Below the pieces are notes generated by a model. The model had not been told where the DNA came from and ran no database searches. It saw only the letters and a list, made by a program, of their open reading frames with translations. A stretch of 64,000 bases of DNA, taken from the human T2T-CHM13v2.0 reference genome, Homo sapiens. The position numbers were made by a program, and so were the translations under genes. The stretch lies in assembly GCF_009914755.1 (NCBI RefSeq), contig NC_060933.1, one strand, 5' to 3'. Below are positions 58,219-64,000 of this stretch, one piece after another; position 1 is the first letter of the stretch; each line of letters begins with the position of its first letter.

Positions 58219-61110
58219 GTGCTTTAGACTGTTTTTGTTGTGTTTTTTTTTTTTTTTTTTTTTTAAGTCAGTGGAACTTTGTTTTAGGTGAAACATGAAC
58301 ACAAGCCCAATGTGTGAACTGGAGGCCAAGGGGCTCAGTTGGAAAGAAAGGTGGGGGTCCTCAGCCTTCCTCTTCCCCATTCACCTTTCCAAAGGTTTGA
58401 GGGTCTCCTCTGCTCTGCAGAGCATGGTCTGGAAACGCACAAGACCATGCTTCCCCTAGTGGTCAGTGGCAAGTCTGACTGCGGTCGGAGCCTCAGCTTC
58501 TCCTGCCCTGTTGCCCAGTCACCATGCCTGGTCTCACCTCTTCTCCCCAGGCCTCATCCAGCTCAACTACTCATGGAGATGCAGATGCTGCTAGCTCACT
58601 CCCATTCTCCCCTCATCTTCACCATCAGAAGTGGAGGGGGTGATGCCTGGCTCATGATGGTCCTGTGCGAAAGGAGGGAGAACAAGCCCACAGTAGGCCT
58701 TCACCCAGAGGTGGCTACTATGATCACCTAGATATGCATGCCCTGAAAGCTCATGAGTGCACAGGAAGTGGAGGGATAGCCTGGCATCTTCCTGAAAAAC
58801 CTACCCCTGAACACAAGGAAGATAACACAAGGCCACACCAGAGACCCCTGTGGTTCACTTTTCTTCTTTCTCTTCCTAATGAAGTAGGGCCCAGCTGCCT
58901 CCTTAAAGACTCTTCCACCTGTATCCAGTTCCATCACTTGGACAAGCCACCCTAGGACCCAGATCCCATTTTCTACTTTTGTTTGAGAACGTAGACCATC
59001 TCTGGGAGGTATGACAGTGTAGATGACATCATCTCACAAATGGAAAACCAGACCCTCAAAGGTAAATATTGCACTTACACCCCAATAGAGAGCTGGGAGC
59101 AGAGGCCAGTGTGAGGACTTGACACTCCAAGATGCTAAATGTGTCCTTGTTTTCTGCAAAACAAACAGAACACTAAGAGAAGTGAGGTTGTCTGCCTCAA
59201 ATGCAAAGTTGAAATGAGTCTACTTGTATGATCTTCACGTGGACTAAAATCATCCACACAGAGGGCAGTGCAAGATTGGACACCACAGAAGAATGAACAA
59301 AAGGAAATGACTCTAAATTGCTCCAGAATGATTAGAGTTTGGTACCAGGAGAGAAAAACAAAAATCAAACAACAAAATAGGACATGGGTGTTGGAGAACC
59401 TACCGAGGGTTTTCTAGGGGAGGCTGTCAGGCTGTCTTTCCCAGAGGCTCATGGACAAGAGGACCACCTGTTAGGCAGGGATGGGCTAATAGAGAGGAGA
59501 TGAAACAAGTGACCCATTGCTGCTCTGGTCTCAAGGTTGTGGCAGAAGTTCCTCCACATGGATCTCTTGTCATTTTTAGGAGAAAGCTGCTTATACATGC
59601 AAACTTACCCCAACTATGCTAAGACTTTGGTTTTATTACTAGTTCTGCTGTTCATATCTCTTTTCTGTCAGATCCCTGGGGAGGTGCAACTGCAAGCAGT
59701 GGTTGCAAAGTGACACTTACATATCTACCAGTCTGGCTCTAAAAGTCTCACCAATGAACACCTAAGGCCCTGTGCTGCTTTCATAGCTCTCTGAACACTG
59801 AGTTTTACCCAACAGTGCTTCCAACATTTGAGTAGGAAAGAGAGAAGGGTGAAAATAATTGGCTTATGAGGGTTTTCAAGGGTGAATTTTGCTGACCTGA
59901 ATCATTTGGCTGCTGCATCCAGACACCTGCAGTAATGTTTTCAATATGCAAGAGCAAAGAGGAATTAGGTATGCCAGAACAGAGTCGTTTGTGTTCTTTG
60001 CAGTCTGTTCTCTGTACAATCACAAAGCATTTTTTAATGATATTTCAAAACACTTTTTCAAAGAGAGTTTAATGCAAAGCAGATTTCTTGTGTAACAAAG
60101 ACAGGAAGGATACTGCTTGACAGTAGCTCTTAAATCCAAGACTACGGAGGCTATCAAAAACAATCGGCAGCAGGCCAAGAACTCAAATTTTGACAAGAGT
60201 TGTCAGATACTGTGATTTAAGGGGCAATACAAATTTGTCAAAGGTGTCATCCTTAGGTCATCAAAAATGTGTGTTGTGCTTATCTAGATTTCCCTCCAAA
60301 GGACTTGCAAAGGTTAAGAGAACAAGTGATGATGTCTGGACAGGCTTGCGATCCCAGGCACAGGTTGTAAGGAGGGCAAGTGTGAACGATGGGGCTTTGG
60401 GGATTTTCACTGATAAGATTTTACCTGAAAGGTCAGGTGAGTCTCCCTCTGTATTCAACACTCTTAGGGTGACATTTGTAGGCATAAAGACCCCATTCTT
60501 GCCGTCAAAGAGTTTACATCGAGATAGCACTGCTTTCTCTCAGAGTGCCTATGAAGCACTTAACAATCAGGGACAAAATCAAACATGAGCTGTAATAACA
60601 TCACCAAGGGCTGTGCAAATTATTTAACTCATTTTGAAGTGAAGAAGCTAGTAAAATGTCACAAAAGTTTCAAAGGATAATCCAATAATAATTTATGGAT
60701 TAAGAATATTGAAACAAATTTGTAAACGGAAGCAAAACTGGCTTGGAGGGAAAGTCATTGTTTCTTTTTGGGATATAATTGATTTGCATGTCTATGAACA
60801 ATTATTTGCATTACTATCAATTTTCCACATGTTAGCCAAAATATCTACAGTAGTGTTAAACAGCTCGGAGAAAAGTCTCTGATCCCTAAGGTCCAGATCA
60901 TCCGAGGGACACCCTCATCCATTGAGAGGATGCCCAGTAATATTTTTGCTTATTCCAAAGTCTTGTATTTTTCCTTACATTGATAATTAATGCTGGATTC
61001 TGGAACACTTCAAACATGTGTGAGAAAATTGCTGTGTGGATGTGGGAAAGGATCATGAAGCCATCGGGGGATGTGAGTAATTCCCCTTCACACTGCACAT
61101 GAAAAGCCAC

Positions 61111-61804
61111 TCTATTAGTCCATTCTCACACTGCAATAAAGAACTACCTGAGACTGGGTAGTTTATGAAGAAAAGAGGTTTAACTGACTCAGTTCTGCTG
61201 GTCATACAGGAAGCATGGTTGGGGAGGCCTCAGGAAACTTATAATCATGGTGGAAGGGCAAAGGGGAAGCAAGCACCTTCTTCACATGGTGGGGCAGGAG
61301 AGAGAGAGAAAAAAAACCCAAACACCGCATGTTCTCACTCATAGGTGAGAATTGAACAATGAGAACACTTGGACACAGGAAGGGGAACATCACACACCGG
61401 GGCCTGTCGTGGGGTGGGGGGAGGGAGGAGGGGGAAGGGATAGCATTACGAGATATACCTAATGTAAATGATGAGTTAATGGGTGCAGCACACCAACATG
61501 GCACATGTATACATATGTAACAAACGGGCACGTTGTGCACATGTACCCTAGAACTTAAAGTATAATAAAAAAAAATGAAAAAGAGAGTGAGAGAACATGC
61601 AAGTGAGTGAAGAGGGAGGTGTTACGTCCTTTCAAACAACCAGATCTCATGAGAACTCTATCATGAGACAGCACTGGCGGATGGTGCTAAATCACTGGAA
61701 ACCACCCCCATGATCCAATCGCCTCTCACCAGGCTCCATCTCCAACACTGGAAATTACAATTCAACATAAGATTTGGGTGGGGAGACAGAAACAAACCGT
61801 ATCA
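61111..61804 (-). mobile_element. MSTA solo LTR, split by an L1PA 3' fragment
   Basis: tattagtccattctcacactgc..ctacctgagactgggta..ggaggcctcaggaaactta..aaacaaccagatctcatgagaactc..gatttgggtgggga; perfect TSD GCCAC. Confidence 0.9.
61310..61582 (+). mobile_element. 5'-truncated L1PA3/4-type 3'UTR fragment
   Basis: aaacaccgcatgttctcactcatagg..gggtgcagcacaccaacatggcacatgtatac..tagaacttaaagtataataaaaaa; flanked by (ga)n repeats as probable TSD. Confidence 0.92.
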
Positions 61805-62224
61805 GCCACATAATGACTAATGGTGAGGCGGACAATAACCCATGCCTCAAGGTCTGGGCCTAAAAACTTCTGGCTCACGTTATGTTCAAGGACTTTTTCT
61901 TTTGTTGTTAGATTGGGAGATGTTTTAAAAAGTAAAAATTACACCTCAAAGAGAGTATTCTTGCAGAAATTTGGCCTTTAATAACACTGTCATTTGGAAT
62001 CAATGAGTGAATGAGAGCAGAGGTTTGCTAACTTCTATAATACCCAAAAGGCAACCACAAGTGGAGGCCAGTCTCTGGACATCTTCAGATGAATACAAAA
62101 TTTCTTTAGGCAAGGCAGTGTCTGTGGCCTGGAGATTCCTTCAACTGTTTGCAGAAAAGTAAATGTAGTTGCAGAAGTTTTAGATAGGTCATTGCTTCTC
62201 ACTTACAGTTGTAAGTATTTAGAT

Positions 62225-62370
62225 CAGTGCTTTCTAACTTTAATACGCACAAGAATTATCTGGGACTGCTGTCAAAATGCAGTCCCATTCCCTAGGCCTG
62301 GGGCAGGTCCTGAGATTCTGCATTTCTAACAAGGCCATGCCACCACTGCTGATCCGTGAACCACACATAA
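62225..62370. mobile_element. MER5-type MITE
   Basis: cagtgctttctaactttaat..aaaatgcag..cctgagattctgcatttctaacaag..gaaccacac. Confidence 0.7.
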
Positions 62371-62374
62371 CTCA

Positions 62375-63330
62375 GGAGAGCTGACCCTTCACTCCCACTC
62401 AACATCAGTGAAGCGGAATAGGTTCGAGGGAGGTGGGAATGGTTGGCTTTTTTTCCCCTCCCCTTCTCTGTTATCAGCAGCACCCAGTGGGTGGTTGAAC
62501 TTGCATTCTCCCTCAGAGGCAATGTGACAGTGTGAATTGGTCTCCACTTCTCAGGAAAGCATTGGTGGGGTGTGGAAAGAGTTGAGTTTCCTTTCCACCT
62601 ATGAACAAAGAGAACACCCAGAGGGAAGCTGCATGTATGTGCCTGGCCCTTACTCTGCATGTTAGCAGGGGGTCTACCTGCTAATAAAAGAAGACTCAGT
62701 AAAATCCAGAGTCCGAACCCAAAGGCAGAGGTTACAATTAATTTGTCACTCACCATAACAAGAACAAGGAAAACTACAACTTGAATGAGAAATGACAACC
62801 AACAGATGAATTACCAAGATGAATCAGATGCTGGAAATATCTGAGCACCCACCATAAAAACTCTTCAACAAGCAACTGCAAATTATCTTGAAACAAATTA
62901 AAAAATTGGAAATGCTGGCCAAAAAATAGATAATATAAAAATAATCATATGAAAATTATATAACTGAAGAAATACTATCACCAACCCCTCCCCTCCCCAA
63001 ACAAACAAACAAAACAAAAACAAACTTGCTGAATGGGCTCAACAGAAGAAGAGAGATGGCAGAGACAGAGTCAGTGAATCTGACAGCAGATTAATAGGAT
63101 TTACTCCATCTCAACAATGAGAAGAAAATAGACTATTGGGGGAAAAGACAAAAATTATCTCAGGAATCTGTGGGGCAATAACAAAAGAACTAACATTGAT
63201 ATAATCAGAGCTCTGGAAGGAGAGACTAGAGAGTGAGATTGAAACAGTAACTGAAGAAAGAATAGTTGAAAACTCCCCAAATCTGGCAAATAGGATAAGT
63301 CCAAAGAAGTTCAGGCCAAAGCTCTTCATA
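62375..63330 (+). mobile_element. old L1M 5'/ORF1 region (same type as 7800-10690)
   Basis: caccataaaaactcttcaacaagcaa..ttgaaacaaat..tgaatgggctcaacagaaga..agtcagtgaa..gaaaactccccaaatctggcaaa. Confidence 0.7.
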
Positions 63331-64000
63331 ATTAAACATGAAGTGATTCGTGCAATGATACCACATCCGGAGTGTGGTGGAGGGGCTTGGTGATGGAACA
63401 TCCAGGAGGACCGTGTGACAAAGGCCACTATGGAGACACAGCCTCCCCAGACACTCTTAGTGAGTTCTTCCTGCTTTTCAGATTAGATCCTGGGGCGGCG
63501 AGATGAATGGAAATTGTCCCTGCTCTAAGAAGATCATAGGTGATTTGAGGGGTGGACGTATAAACCATCTATGATGGTGAGAACAAGAGGATTGTTCTGC
63601 CCCTGGCTGCTCTAATGACGCCTGTCTTGATTTTGAGAAAATCCCTCTACTTTGCATATCTGTAAAGTGGATGTACAGATTCATGTGCTCTCTGAGTGTG
63701 GGACACAATTAATATATAGATGATAGTTGCATAAAATGCCCTTTTTAAAGTTACATTTTAGAGAGTTGGAGCCAGGGTCTCCCAACATTTGTGGAGCTCT
63801 ATCACTCTGACTGTTGGCTCCCAGAAATGATCTGTATGGATTTCTGGTCCTCTCTCTCCTGGTATTGGGACTCTTTGCTATGAATGCAAGAGATGGTTCA
63901 AGAAAATGATTCTCCATTGCAATAGCTACATGAGTACAGGGGAGACTGGATTCCTCATATGTATTCTAGGTTTCTCAGCATGTCATTGAAGAGTGTTTAG

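Noticed and set aside
59254-59270. CTCF-like cacacagagggcagtg
   Set aside because: The 5' half mismatches the core consensus at several key positions.

Overview
This is primate (human or great-ape type) non-coding genomic DNA, intergenic or deep intronic, and dominated by interspersed repeats: Alu J/S/Y, L1PA and older L1M, L2/MIR, MaLR and ERV LTRs (THE1A, MSTA, MLT1, MER4A, MER21) and DNA transposon fossils (Tigger1, MER30, MER58, MER5). I can support no intact protein-coding gene, RNA gene or CRISPR array. The only ORFs that resemble real proteins are broken L1 ORF1/ORF2 pieces at 20.3-23.7 kb, plus a decayed Tigger1 transposase fragment. I see no convincing new biological system. The most notable structures are: (1) an L1PA whose 5'UTR carries the exact splice junction of a spliced integrated retrotransposed element (SpIRE 97/622 type) and which lacks its 3' end; (2) two nearby MLT1F-type LTR copies sharing an 83-bp block with one mismatch, suggesting gene conversion or local duplication; (3) two facing, essentially tail-less Alus that still show target-site duplications (TSDs); (4) a perfect 13-bp hairpin, several small tandem duplications and candidate enhancer or lncRNA-exon signals in unique DNA. 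Repeat subfamily names come from recalled consensus sequences, and the boundaries of old elements are approximate.
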